From Gemmatimonas sp. (lineage in GTDB: Bacteria; Gemmatimonadota; Gemmatimonadetes; Gemmatimonadales; Gemmatimonadaceae): a stretch of 64,000 bases of DNA. Shown in pieces: positions 1 to 9,516 of the stretch. Location: positions 4,160,001 through 4,224,000 of the forward strand of contig OZ257156.1 of the NCBI GenBank assembly GCA_965279375.1, written 5' to 3'. The notes under the pieces are model-generated. The model saw nothing but the letters and a program-made list of their open reading frames with translations. It made no database searches and was not told the origin of the DNA. Numbering within the stretch: position 1 is the stretch's first letter; the number at the start of each line of letters is the position of its first letter. A program made the position numbers and the translations under genes.

Positions 1-947
1 GTGTCATCGGGGAGCAGTCCGACGAAGGGTGTGAAAAACCCTTCGCGAAAGCGCGCCGCGAGCGATGCCTGGAGCGGAGCATCCAGCGCACGAAGCAGCT
101 GCACGCCGTACCAGAGGCCTCGGTGCGCGAAGAGGTGGTAGTTCTCCCCTTCGTACCAGCTTCCGTCGGCAAGCAGGCCGTGCTTCATCAACCAAGGCAG
201 CCCGCCGCGCATCGCCAGCCGTTCGTCAATCGCGGCTCTATCGTCGAGCAATCGTAGTGCCGACAGGATGGCCACCTCGTTCCACACCTGCCGGTTGCTC
301 GTGCCCTCGTGGTAACTCGCGATCAGCCGCGCACTCGGCTCGATCAAGCGATCGCGGACCATCCCGCCGAGTGTGTCGACGCCTGGAGCCGAGGCCGCTT
401 CGAGCAGCGCGAGTGCGTGGCACGCGTTCAGGAGCCAGATCGATTCGAGATAGGTGCTGAAGAACGGGCGCGTGGGCCCAAGCACGTTGTCGCGATTGGG
501 CCAACTCTCGTAGCGCGTGGCGATCGTGCGCAACACCTCGCTGGCGAGATGCGAGTGCCGAGGATCGCCTCGCAAGGCGAACAACGTCGCGGCATGTACG
601 GCGCGCTCCACCGTCCAGAGCTGCGCGCCCATGGCCCACCACTCGTCGTGGTCGCGCCCTCGATAGTCGTGCGCGCATCGCTCGCAACGATGGTCGTGCG
701 GCAACCACGGATCGAAGACGAGCAAACCACCGTGCACGGGACAGCGGCCACCGGTGCGAGTCAGTCGCGCCTTGAACGATGGGATCGGCAGTTCGCGCGC
801 GAGCAACGGCTCGAGGTCGCGCGCCAAGCTATCGGCGAGTGGCGCCAACGACGAAGGCGAAGGTTCGCCCGTGCCATCTACTAAGCGCGCGCGCTGGTCG
901 AGATCGACGGGGAGCAATACCGAAGCGCGGCGGCTCGGCGTGTTCAT
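1..947 (-). CDS. Heparinase II/III-like / oligo-alginate lyase-like polysaccharide lyase (3' end beyond the left edge)
   Basis: Not in the ORF track because it has no stop in the window. Manual translation from ATG 947, which overlaps the upstream TGA (ATGA): MNTPSRR...CPVHGGLLVFDPWLPHDHRCERC...FFSTYLESIWLLN...GLLADGSWYEGENYHLFAHRGLWYG. The DGxWYEGxxYH motif is typical of this lyase group. Confidence 0.7.
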   Translation of the reverse strand, partial: MNTPSRRASVLLPVDLDQRARLVDGTGEPSPSSLAPLADSLARDLEPLLARELPIPSFKARLTRTGGRCPVHGGLLVFDPWLPHDHRCERCAHDYRGRDHDEWWAMGAQLWTVERAVHAATLFALRGDPRHSHLASEVLRTIATRYESWPNRDNVLGPTRPFFSTYLESIWLLNACHALALLEAASAPGVDTLGGMVRDRLIEPSARLIASYHEGTSNRQVWNEVAILSALRLLDDRAAIDERLAMRGGLPWLMKHGLLADGSWYEGENYHLFAHRGLWYGVQLLRALDAPLQASLAARFREGFFTPFVGLLPDD

Positions 948-2563
948 GGCGACGTTTCGCGGCGCGTCCACTGCGACACCGTCACCAGTTCGCCGCGCAA
1001 GTCCATGCGCACGTGCTCGAGCCGTCGCGATAGCCCTTGCACGCCACGTGCGTGATAGAGCCAGACCACCGGCGTCGCATCGGTGAGCAACGAATCGACC
1101 GTGCCCCACGCCGCCGCAGCGGCGGAAGCGGGCGCGCGGCGTGCCATGCCGAGCGCCAGATCCAGGGGCGCGGTGTGGAAGCTGGTATAGTCGAGCGCAC
1201 CGCCGCGCTGAGCTCCATCGAACATCGCGGAAAGGTGACCGAGCGCGATGTCGCCCGGAATCCCCGTCAGCGCGACGTCGAATGCCTTGGTTGGTGCGCG
1301 CAGTGTGGTCAGAAAGGTCGCCAGTTCGGCGACGCGGATATCGAGGGCGATCCCGCGAGCGCGAAGATCCGACTGTACCAGCTGCTCGACCGCCTGATCG
1401 CCTGAGCCTACGGTGAGCAGCGTGATGCGCAGCGGCCGCCCGTTGCGCGTGCGCGCACCGTTGGCATCGCGCGTCCAGCCAGCGGCGTCGAGCAACCGAT
1501 TGGCTTGCACAGTGTCCGGGCGTTCGGCGGGCGCGCTGTGCAACGACAGCCCCGGTGGTACGGCGCCCCCTGCGGGCGTGGCGAAGCCAGAGACGGCGGC
1601 CTGCACGAGCTGCGCCCGATCGATGGACAGCGAGACGGCGCGGCGTACACGCACGTCGTCGAACGGTGGGCGCGTGGTGTTGAACGCCAGCACCGTCGAG
1701 AAGAGCGAGGGGGGCGTGACGAGCGTGAGCGTGGGGTCATCGCGAACGAGCTTGGCCATCGTTGGCGAAACGCCGGCGACATCGAGTTCACCACTCACGA
1801 GTCCCGCAAATTTGGTTGCGGCCTCGTCGACGACGGCCACCACGAGTTGCTGCAACTTCGGCGGACCGCCCATGCTCGCGGGAAAGTCGCCGTTGCGCGT
1901 GAACCGCCAGCGTCGGCCCGCGGTGCGATCGAGAAAGCGAAACGGACCGTTGCCGACAGGCGCCGTTGCAAACGCGCTCGATCGCCATTGCGCACGCGGC
2001 ACGCTGTCGAGCAGATGCGCCGGAACGATTGGCAGCTCCGCAAAGATCGTCGGGAGCGTCGGCATCACTTGACGAAACGACACGCGCACGACGCTGTCGT
2101 TGAGCACTTCCACCTGCTGCACGCTCTGCAGATCACCGGCGCGAGGCGATCCCACCGCGGGATCCCGTGCGGCGTCGAGCGTGAACGCGACATCGCGGGC
2201 CGTGGTGCGTATGCCGTCGTGCCAACGCAAGTCGGGGGTGAGGGCAAAGGTGACGCTGGTGTGCGCAGCGTCCCAGGTGAACGTCTGCGCGTAGTAGGGG
2301 ATCGGGTGCAACGCGGAATCGAGTCGCACCAGCGTGACGAAGAGCGCGTGTCGTTGCAGCTGCCGCGTGAGGGGATGCACCGTCACCAGCGGGTTCCCCG
2401 ACTCGAGGTCGGTGCCTGACGCCATGACCACGGTGCCCGGCGCGCGCGCAGGCTTGCCGCAGGCCGCCGTCATCGCTGCGGTGGCGACAATGGCAACGTT
2501 CAGGGCGGCGAGACCCGCGCGTCGAGGGCGTCGGCGGGTTGACGTGACCGGTCCGTGCGCCAT
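944..2563 (-). CDS. Family 5 (peptide/nickel) ABC transporter substrate-binding lipoprotein
   Basis: Lipobox-like AMTAAC; LRWHDG..TARDVAFT, PVGNGPF and PPFDDVRVRRAVSLSIDR motifs. Start at 2563 or 2566. Confidence 0.88.
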   Translation of the reverse strand: MAHGPVTSTRRRPRRAGLAALNVAIVATAAMTAACGKPARAPGTVVMASGTDLESGNPLVTVHPLTRQLQRHALFVTLVRLDSALHPIPYYAQTFTWDAAHTSVTFALTPDLRWHDGIRTTARDVAFTLDAARDPAVGSPRAGDLQSVQQVEVLNDSVVRVSFRQVMPTLPTIFAELPIVPAHLLDSVPRAQWRSSAFATAPVGNGPFRFLDRTAGRRWRFTRNGDFPASMGGPPKLQQLVVAVVDEAATKFAGLVSGELDVAGVSPTMAKLVRDDPTLTLVTPPSLFSTVLAFNTTRPPFDDVRVRRAVSLSIDRAQLVQAAVSGFATPAGGAVPPGLSLHSAPAERPDTVQANRLLDAAGWTRDANGARTRNGRPLRITLLTVGSGDQAVEQLVQSDLRARGIALDIRVAELATFLTTLRAPTKAFDVALTGIPGDIALGHLSAMFDGAQRGGALDYTSFHTAPLDLALGMARRAPASAAAAAWGTVDSLLTDATPVVWLYHARGVQGLSRRLEHVRMDLRGELVTVSQWTRRETSP

Positions 2564-2572
2564 CATCCCCGC

Positions 2573-3568
2573 GTGTGCCGACTTCCGCTGCGCGTGTTCG
2601 ACGCGCTTGTTCTGCTTTGGAGCGTCACGACTCTCACCTTTGCGCTGATTCATCTGGCGCCGGGTGATCCGGCGTCGCTGCTCATCTCTCCAACGGCAAC
2701 TGCCGATGAGGTGGCGAGACAGCGTGCCCTGCTCGGACTCGACGCCCCGCTGCTGGTGCAATATGGCCGCTGGCTCTCGGCGTTGCTGCAGGGCAATCTG
2801 GGTGACAGCCTGGCCCTCGCCCGCCCCGTCGTACAGGTGATCGCCGAAGCGTTGCCCGTCTCCTTGCTGCTGGGGCTCACGTCGTTGGCCCTGAGCTTCG
2901 TGATTGGCACACTGCTAGGCGCCGTGCAGGCGCTGCGCGTCGGCTCGCGCCTGGACACGGCCATCACAATAGTCACCACGACAGCGTACGCAGCGCCCAG
3001 CTTCTGGCTCGCGCTGGCGTTGGTCGCGTTGGCCACCACGGGCGCATCGCAGCTCCGCGCACCAGCGTGGATGCGGCTTCCCGCGTTCGGGCTGGAGGAT
3101 CCGGCGGGGCTGGCCACCGGGCTCGACGCGTGGCGCGATCTGGTACGGCACGCGGTCATGCCGCTGCTCGTGCTCTCGTTACCCGGCGCGGCAGGCGTCG
3201 CGCGCTACGCACGTCAGGCTCTCCGATCGGCCGCCGTGGCGCCACACGTGCAGGCGGCACGTGCACGCGGCGTACCGGCCCTGCGCATCGAGGTGCGGTA
3301 CATCCTGCGCAATGCGTGGTCGCCGCTGCTGGTGTTGCTTGGACTGATGCTGCCGGGCGTCATCGCGGGCTCGGTGTTCGTGGAGCAGATCTTCGCCTGG
3401 CCTGGGCTTGGACGGGCGATGATGTCGGCGATCGCCGCGCGGGATTATCCCGTGGTTCTCGGCCTCACGCTGGTGTATGCCGCGGTCGTGATTGCGTCCA
3501 ACCTCGTGGCCGATCTCGCGGTGGAGCAGCTCGATCCGCGCCGCCGTTTCAGCGCCGACACGCCATGA
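2573..3568 (+). CDS. ABC transporter permease, DppB/OppB-like
   Basis: LIHLAPGDPA, GLDAPLLVQYGRWL, AARARG, VEQIFAWPGLG, RDYPVV. Start uncertain (GTG 2555 or 2573). Confidence 0.88.
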   Translation: MCRLPLRVFDALVLLWSVTTLTFALIHLAPGDPASLLISPTATADEVARQRALLGLDAPLLVQYGRWLSALLQGNLGDSLALARPVVQVIAEALPVSLLLGLTSLALSFVIGTLLGAVQALRVGSRLDTAITIVTTTAYAAPSFWLALALVALATTGASQLRAPAWMRLPAFGLEDPAGLATGLDAWRDLVRHAVMPLLVLSLPGAAGVARYARQALRSAAVAPHVQAARARGVPALRIEVRYILRNAWSPLLVLLGLMLPGVIAGSVFVEQIFAWPGLGRAMMSAIAARDYPVVLGLTLVYAAVVIASNLVADLAVEQLDPRRRFSADTP

Positions 3569-4470
3569 GTCGCGAAACACGCGCCGTACGGACTCACGGC
3601 ACGCACAACGTCGCACTCGACGGGTCTCGTACGCAGACGGTGGCGTTGCTGCTGCTGTCGCTTCTCGCCGCGGGCGCCGTGGTCGCTCCGCTACTTTCGT
3701 CGAGTGATCCGACACGCATTTCGGACGTGCTGGCTACGCGACTGACGCCCCCGCTTCACAGCGATCGACTCGGTGCCTTTCACCTGCTCGGTACCGACGC
3801 GTTCGGGCGCGATGTCCTGGCGCGACTGTGGGTAGCCGCGCGGATTTCGTTGGGCGTTGGCGTTGCGGGGTCGGTCGCTGCGGGAGGACTTGGCGTGCTG
3901 CTCGGAGCCATCGCCGCGTGGCGCGGTGGTGTGGTGGAGCGCGCAATTCTGGGGCTGGGCGATGCGCTGCTCGCGGTGCCACGCCTCGTGTTGCTGCTGG
4001 TCATTGCCGCACTCTGGGGACCGGGACTCGGCGTCGTGATCGCGGTGCTTGGCCTCACGGGCTGGATGTCCATCATGCGCCTGGTGCGCAGTGAAGTGCT
4101 GGGCGTTCGTGTGCTGCCGTATGTGGAGGCGGCGACGGCACTCGGCGTGTCCTCTCCGCGAGTGCTCTGGCGACATGTGCTCCCCAACGCACTCGGCAGC
4201 GCCGGCGTCGCCATCACGCTCGGTGTCGGCAACGCGATCGTGCTCGAGAGCGGGCTCTCGTTTCTCGGCCTCGGGATTCAGCCGCCGTCGGCGAGCTGGG
4301 GCAACATGATCGCCGGCGGCCGAGATTGGTTGTTGATCGCGCCATGGATCGCGCTGGCTCCGGGCGTGCTGCTCATTGCGACGGTGGTGGCCTGCACGCT
4401 GCTGGGCGACGCACTCTCCGGCGCTCCAGCGCGAAGCGTTATGTCACAGCGCGCTCGACGCGTAGTGTAA
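3565..4470 (+). CDS. ABC transporter permease, DppC/OppC-like
   Basis: HLLGTDAFGRD, YVEAATALG, RHVLPN, ESGLSFLGLGIQPP..SWGNMI. ATG 3565 overlaps the upstream stop (ATGA). Confidence 0.9.
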   Translation: MSRETRAVRTHGTHNVALDGSRTQTVALLLLSLLAAGAVVAPLLSSSDPTRISDVLATRLTPPLHSDRLGAFHLLGTDAFGRDVLARLWVAARISLGVGVAGSVAAGGLGVLLGAIAAWRGGVVERAILGLGDALLAVPRLVLLLVIAALWGPGLGVVIAVLGLTGWMSIMRLVRSEVLGVRVLPYVEAATALGVSSPRVLWRHVLPNALGSAGVAITLGVGNAIVLESGLSFLGLGIQPPSASWGNMIAGGRDWLLIAPWIALAPGVLLIATVVACTLLGDALSGAPARSVMSQRARRVV

Positions 4471-7309
4471 CCAGCGCACGCGGGCCAGCGTGCACTGGGA
4501 CGGTGGCCGCGTGCATCGTCGGCGCTCCGATAGGCGTTTCATCAAGTCGGCACGGCGTCACCAGCCATGGTCCCTCGCTCGGCAGCTGCCACGCGCCGTG
4601 GACTTCGACGACGGTGACGTTGCTTGCACGCAGCAGCAGCGCGCGCCCATCGGCCGAGAGACAGACTGCGGACGCGACCAGTCCCGCTCCACGCAGCGCT
4701 GGGCCCGCGCGCATCCCGGTCGATCCAACATTCGGATCGCCATTCGCACCATCGTAGTCGCGCCACGTCTCACCGACCAACGGGAGCAACAGCGCGTCGC
4801 AGCTCTCCTCGACGCGCTGCAACACGCCATCGTTCCACGCGCCGTCGAGGCGCAGACCAAACCGCGCGGCGAACGGTCCAAGCGACTGCGAAGCCGGAGT
4901 CGCGCGCGGCCAACCCGCGTGACCGGGGCGCTCTGGCAGATCTGCGCGCGAGAGTTCGCCGATGGCGCGCAATAGCGTCACGTACACGTGCTCGCCGTTC
5001 ACCTCGGCCTCGGCGAGACCGTCCGAGAAAAGCGTCGTGGACACGTTGCCGTTGCTCACAGCAAGCCAGCGATGGAGCGGCATGCCAGGCGCAACCGCTT
5101 CCACGCGCTGCGCATCGGAAGTGGCAACGATCGGTTCGCGCAGCACCGGACCGAATGCAGCGTCCGCGTGGACCATGTTTTGTGTGTCGACGTTACGCGT
5201 CGTGCCGTCCATCGCACCGTGCAGGCCCGTGTTCAGTCGCATGCGCAAACGGTGATCGCGGCGACGACTATCGCCACGCACGTCGATGCGCACATGGTCG
5301 GCGCCGGCGTCGAGAATCAGCTCGACATCGACGCGTACCGCACCGTGTCGCACACGGCGCACCGGCGCGTCGGAGGTCATCGAGTCCACGTCGGAAACCA
5401 CCCGCGGTGCATCGGCTGCACGATGGTCGCGCGGCAGCGTCCACCGAAGTCGCACACTCGCACGCAGCGGACCGCGCGCCCCCGGCTCGAGTCGCTGCAT
5501 CGTCAGTTCGAGCGGCGCTCCGCGTGGCGACGGCGTGTAGCTGTCGCCCGCATCGGTGGTGGATTCGAAGCTGAGCACACGCTCGATGACGCGACCGCCC
5601 GCATGCAGCGTGATGCCGCCGCGCGTGCATTCAACGCGCAGCGTCTCGTTGGCGATGGTGATGCCCTGCTCGTCTTCAATCAGCGTGACGGGCGACGGCG
5701 GAGCGGATGCCGCGGCGCCGTCGCCGAGCGCGCGTACGCCCAACGCGGGGATTTCGGGGACCCAGGCGACGACATGATGCACGCGCACCAGGTCGTCGTC
5801 GGGATAGTGCTGCGGCGACTCGCGGCGATCGTGCGCGAGCGAGACGCGTCCGGCCTGGACGACGAGAATGCCGATGGCCGGCGTGGCACTGTGTCGCGTG
5901 GCGAGGGGAGGTTGATGCAGTGCACTGCCCGGCCCCACACGCACGTCGCCGATCGTCTCTACCACGCGAATCTCGGCAATGCCGCCGCGCGCGCGCGACG
6001 CACGATTGCGTACCAACACCGGGGGACGCGGCGACGGCGAAGCGCCACGAGCGGCGACGGGATCGTGCGCCAAGGCAAATGACAGCGCGGCATGACGTAA
6101 CTCCGGGAGCTGCGCGCGCACCGAGCGTTGGCGCGTGTCCATCGCGGCGGCGACATCATCCGTCGAGCACCCGCAGAGCGTGTCGTGGGGGTGCGTACGC
6201 AGCAACGATTCCCACGCCTGTTCAAGCAGTACAGGCAGCTGCGCGAGCGTGAGGCGCGCATCGCTCGCGACGTGTGCCGCCTCGGCACCGCCGTGAAGCC
6301 ACGCCAGCGCCAACCACGGTTCGACATCGCGAAGCAGCGAACGCTCGAGTCGCGCGTTGGTTCGCTTCTGGGCCGCACGCGTGCCCAATGTGCCCTGCAA
6401 GGTCCACGTGTAGCCGTACGAATCGCGGAGTTCGCCCGTCACGTGCGCATCAGTGTCGGCGGCGGCGTCGCTGAGCCGGTCGGCGAACAGAGACAGACTC
6501 GATGCGTGCACGCGGGCGCCGTCTGCCTGCGCGCATGCGGCCAGCGAAGCGATTGCTCGCTCGATGTCGGGCTGCAGCGCGTGATGATCGGCGCCGTTGG
6601 GGAGCAGTGCGACGCGCGTGCCCTGCGTGCGCTCGCTGCGCGCGCGCCAGCAATCTCTCAGCCGCTGCCATCGCACGGCGGCCGCCGTCGGATCGACCGG
6701 CAACGCGCTCCCCACCTCGTAGCCATCCGGCGACAGGTGATAGGTGAGCACTCCGCTGCCGTCGGGCGCCGTCCACCGAAGCGTGTCCGAGCGAGGATGC
6801 TTCAGTCCGCCAAGGCCCCGCCAGACGACGGCCACCGGCATGTCGAAGCCAGCGGCGATGGCGGGAAGCATTGCGGGGTGACCGAACGTATCTGGGCAGT
6901 AGGCCACCGCCGGCGCGGTCGCGCCGAGTCGCGCGAGATGGCGCGCGCCGGCCTGCAGGTTGCGGAGGATCGCCTCTCCGCTCGGGATGAGGTTGTCGGC
7001 GAGCACGTACCACGGGCCGGCTTCGAGCGCGCCGGAGCGCAGCTGTTCACGAAGACGGTCGGCCTGCTCCGGGCGAACGGCGAGGTAATCGGCCAGCACG
7101 ATCGCCTGCCCGTCCAGCAGAAACGGCGCGGCGGTCGCAGGATCGCGCGCGAGCAGTGCGTCGACCAGGGGCACGAGCCGCTGTCGGAAGCGCGCCGCGG
7201 TGTGATACCACTCCCGATCCCAATGCGTGTGCGAAACGACGTGCACTTCCAATGACACCGGCGTGGCAGTCGGCGGCGGGGTCTCGGCGGCGGTCGAATG
7301 GGAGGGCAC
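4439..7309 (-). CDS. Glycoside hydrolase family 38 (alpha-mannosidase / MngB-like)
   Basis: SHTHWDREWY, FLLDGQ, GPWYVLAD, PDTFGH, NGADH and HDTLCGCS motifs of GH38. Confidence 0.9.
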   Translation of the reverse strand: MPSHSTAAETPPPTATPVSLEVHVVSHTHWDREWYHTAARFRQRLVPLVDALLARDPATAAPFLLDGQAIVLADYLAVRPEQADRLREQLRSGALEAGPWYVLADNLIPSGEAILRNLQAGARHLARLGATAPAVAYCPDTFGHPAMLPAIAAGFDMPVAVVWRGLGGLKHPRSDTLRWTAPDGSGVLTYHLSPDGYEVGSALPVDPTAAAVRWQRLRDCWRARSERTQGTRVALLPNGADHHALQPDIERAIASLAACAQADGARVHASSLSLFADRLSDAAADTDAHVTGELRDSYGYTWTLQGTLGTRAAQKRTNARLERSLLRDVEPWLALAWLHGGAEAAHVASDARLTLAQLPVLLEQAWESLLRTHPHDTLCGCSTDDVAAAMDTRQRSVRAQLPELRHAALSFALAHDPVAARGASPSPRPPVLVRNRASRARGGIAEIRVVETIGDVRVGPGSALHQPPLATRHSATPAIGILVVQAGRVSLAHDRRESPQHYPDDDLVRVHHVVAWVPEIPALGVRALGDGAAASAPPSPVTLIEDEQGITIANETLRVECTRGGITLHAGGRVIERVLSFESTTDAGDSYTPSPRGAPLELTMQRLEPGARGPLRASVRLRWTLPRDHRAADAPRVVSDVDSMTSDAPVRRVRHGAVRVDVELILDAGADHVRIDVRGDSRRRDHRLRMRLNTGLHGAMDGTTRNVDTQNMVHADAAFGPVLREPIVATSDAQRVEAVAPGMPLHRWLAVSNGNVSTTLFSDGLAEAEVNGEHVYVTLLRAIGELSRADLPERPGHAGWPRATPASQSLGPFAARFGLRLDGAWNDGVLQRVEESCDALLLPLVGETWRDYDGANGDPNVGSTGMRAGPALRGAGLVASAVCLSADGRALLLRASNVTVVEVHGAWQLPSEGPWLVTPCRLDETPIGAPTMHAATVPVHAGPRALVTLRVERAVT

Positions 7310-7406
7310 GCGGGGAAGCTATCGCCCGATGTCTCAGTCCGGCCACGCGGTTGACCCAGCGAGGCGCGCCGTCGAGCTTTCCGACTTCACTTCCGACCCA
7401 GCCGCC

Positions 7407-8054
7407 TTGGAACTGCTCTCAGAACTCTTCGCCAAGCTTCGCGACCTCCCTGCCCTGGTTCAGTGGGCCGGCTACGTCGGGCTGACGGCCATCATTTTCG
7501 TCGAGACCGGCCTGCTGCTGGGCTTCTTTCTTCCCGGCGACTCGCTGCTCGTCACGGCCGGCCTACTCGCCTCGCAGCCGGATTTCGGCCTCAACGTGTG
7601 GCTGCTGGGGCTCATTCTTTCGGTCGCGGCAATCGTTGGCGATACCGTCGGCTACAGCATCGGCAAGTCGACGGGGCCGCGGATTTTCACGCGCGAAGAC
7701 AGCCTGCTCTTCAACAAGAAACACCTGCTGCGCGCGCAAGCGTTCTACGAGAAGCACGGCGGCAAGACGATCATTCTGGCGCGATTCATGCCGATCGTTC
7801 GCACGTTCGCGCCGGTCGTCGCTGGTGTGGGACAGATGCGCTACAAGTCGTTTCTCGCGTACAACGTGATTGGCGGGCTGGCGTGGGTCTGGTCGATGCT
7901 CATGATCGGCTACGTACTGGGACGCACCGTCCCCGGCGTCGCCAAGCACATCGAGAAGGTGATCCTCGTGGTGATCTTCCTTTCCATTCTGCCCGGCATC
8001 ATCGGCTGGTGGCGCGAGCGTTCGGCGAGCGTCGCCAACAAGCCGTCGCACTGA
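7407..8054 (+). CDS. DedA family membrane protein
   Basis: [39 protein letters not shown]. Start probably TTG 7407 (ATG 7329 is possible). Confidence 0.92.
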   Translation: MELLSELFAKLRDLPALVQWAGYVGLTAIIFVETGLLLGFFLPGDSLLVTAGLLASQPDFGLNVWLLGLILSVAAIVGDTVGYSIGKSTGPRIFTREDSLLFNKKHLLRAQAFYEKHGGKTIILARFMPIVRTFAPVVAGVGQMRYKSFLAYNVIGGLAWVWSMLMIGYVLGRTVPGVAKHIEKVILVVIFLSILPGIIGWWRERSASVANKPSH

Positions 8055-8118
8055 TTCCAGCGGTTCGTTTTCAGCGTTTTCCTGTCGTTCACCCTGTTCA
8101 CAGTCGGAGATTGCAGTC

Positions 8119-8724
8119 ATGGCCCATGTCCTGCCGCCATTGCCCTACGCACCGGAAGCGCTCGAGCCGCATATCGACGCGCAGACGATGCAGATCCACC
8201 ATGGCAAGCATCATCAGGCGTACGTCACCAACCTGAACGCTGCCATCGAGAAGGCTCCAGAGCTCGCGTCGTGGTCGATCGACGAGCTGTGCAGCAGGAT
8301 CAACGACGTCCCGGAAGCTGTCCGTACGGCCGTGCGCAACAACGGCGGTGGACACTGGAATCACTCGCTCTTCTGGCGCCTCATGGCGCCGAACGCCGGT
8401 GGTGAGCCCACGGGCGAACTCGGCGAAGCGATTTCGTCCACGTTTGGCTCCTTCGACGGTTTCAAGACGCAGCTCGCCGCGGCGGGCGTTGGTCGTTTCG
8501 GTTCGGGCTGGGCGTGGCTCGTGTCCGCGGGCGGCGTGCTCTCGATCATGAGCACCCCCAACCAGGACAACCCGGCCATGGAAGGCAAGAAGGCGATCCT
8601 TGGCGTGGACGTCTGGGAGCACGCGTACTACCTCAAGTACCAGAATCGTCGCGCCGACTATCTCGCGGCGTGGTGGAACGTGGTCAACTGGCCGGAAGTC
8701 TCGAAGCTCTACAAGAACGGTTGA
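8119..8724 (+). CDS. sodA: Mn/Fe superoxide dismutase
   Basis: [36 protein letters not shown]. The GGG and NQD motifs favour the Mn type. Confidence 0.95.
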   Translation: MAHVLPPLPYAPEALEPHIDAQTMQIHHGKHHQAYVTNLNAAIEKAPELASWSIDELCSRINDVPEAVRTAVRNNGGGHWNHSLFWRLMAPNAGGEPTGELGEAISSTFGSFDGFKTQLAAAGVGRFGSGWAWLVSAGGVLSIMSTPNQDNPAMEGKKAILGVDVWEHAYYLKYQNRRADYLAAWWNVVNWPEVSKLYKNG

Positions 8725-8745
8725 TTCTCGTAGTTTCCGAATGAG

Positions 8746-8780
8746 AAACGGGCCCGACGCGAGTGCGTCGGGCCCGTTTT
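8746..8780. terminator. Bidirectional intrinsic terminator between convergent sodA and Yip1 genes
   Basis: AAACGGGCCCGACGC-gagt-GCGTCGGGCCCGTTT perfect inverted repeat with A/T tails. Confidence 0.85.
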
Positions 8781-8799
8781 GTCTGCACTGGAGCGAGTG

Positions 8800-9516
8800 C
8801 TAGAACAGCGCCGACGGGGCAATCTGGAGCAGAGCGCCGATACCAAACATCACGATGGCGACGACGGCACCAGTTCCCTTGGAGGTACGGGAGACGACGG
8901 CGACGCCGATGGCCACCAGCGCCAACTGCCAGAAGCGAAAGACGTCGAGATTGCTGAGCAGCGTGAGAATGGCCGGCGGTGTGCTCACCGGATCAATGAA
9001 GCGCGCCGGTCCGAGCGAAAGATCGGCGAGACTGCGTGCTGATTCAGCATTGCTCAGCAACGCCTGCACGGGCAACGCGATCCAGCCGAGCACACGCGGC
9101 ACGCCAGCCAGTGTCGCAACCACCGCTGCCTGGCCAAAGGTGATGTTGGCCTTCACGATCTTCGCGCCGAGCAGAATGAACGCGGCGTTGAAGTACGGGC
9201 CGATCAGCATCGTAAGCGGCGCGCCGATCACGACGCCCCACGTGGTGAACGACCGCGTTGACGCAGCCGCGGCTTCCGGAATGGGTGTTCCCTTGGCTGC
9301 GGCAATCTTGAGAGTCACATCGGCCTGCGCGTCCAACCAGGGAAGCATCAGGTTCTTGGTTGCAATGGCGATGACGGCGACGAGGATCGCCGTGACCAGC
9401 ATGTACATGAACGCCTTTGCAGCCCGCGTCCGCTCGAACACGGCGGACGGCTGGTACAACACTTCGATCAGATCCTCAAATAGTCCGCCCCGACCAGCGG
9501 GCGCTTCGGACATCAT
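8800..9516 (-). CDS. Yip1-domain membrane protein
   Basis: VLYQPSAVF N-terminal motif, about five hydrophobic helices, DVFRFW. Coupled to the speA stop. Confidence 0.72.
   Translation of the reverse strand: MMSEAPAGRGGLFEDLIEVLYQPSAVFERTRAAKAFMYMLVTAILVAVIAIATKNLMLPWLDAQADVTLKIAAAKGTPIPEAAAASTRSFTTWGVVIGAPLTMLIGPYFNAAFILLGAKIVKANITFGQAAVVATLAGVPRVLGWIALPVQALLSNAESARSLADLSLGPARFIDPVSTPPAILTLLSNLDVFRFWQLALVAIGVAVVSRTSKGTGAVVAIVMFGIGALLQIAPSALF

Noticed and set aside
309..884. 191-aa plus-strand ORF and other short ORFs at the left edge
   Set aside because: The open minus-strand lyase frame starting at 947 explains the region.
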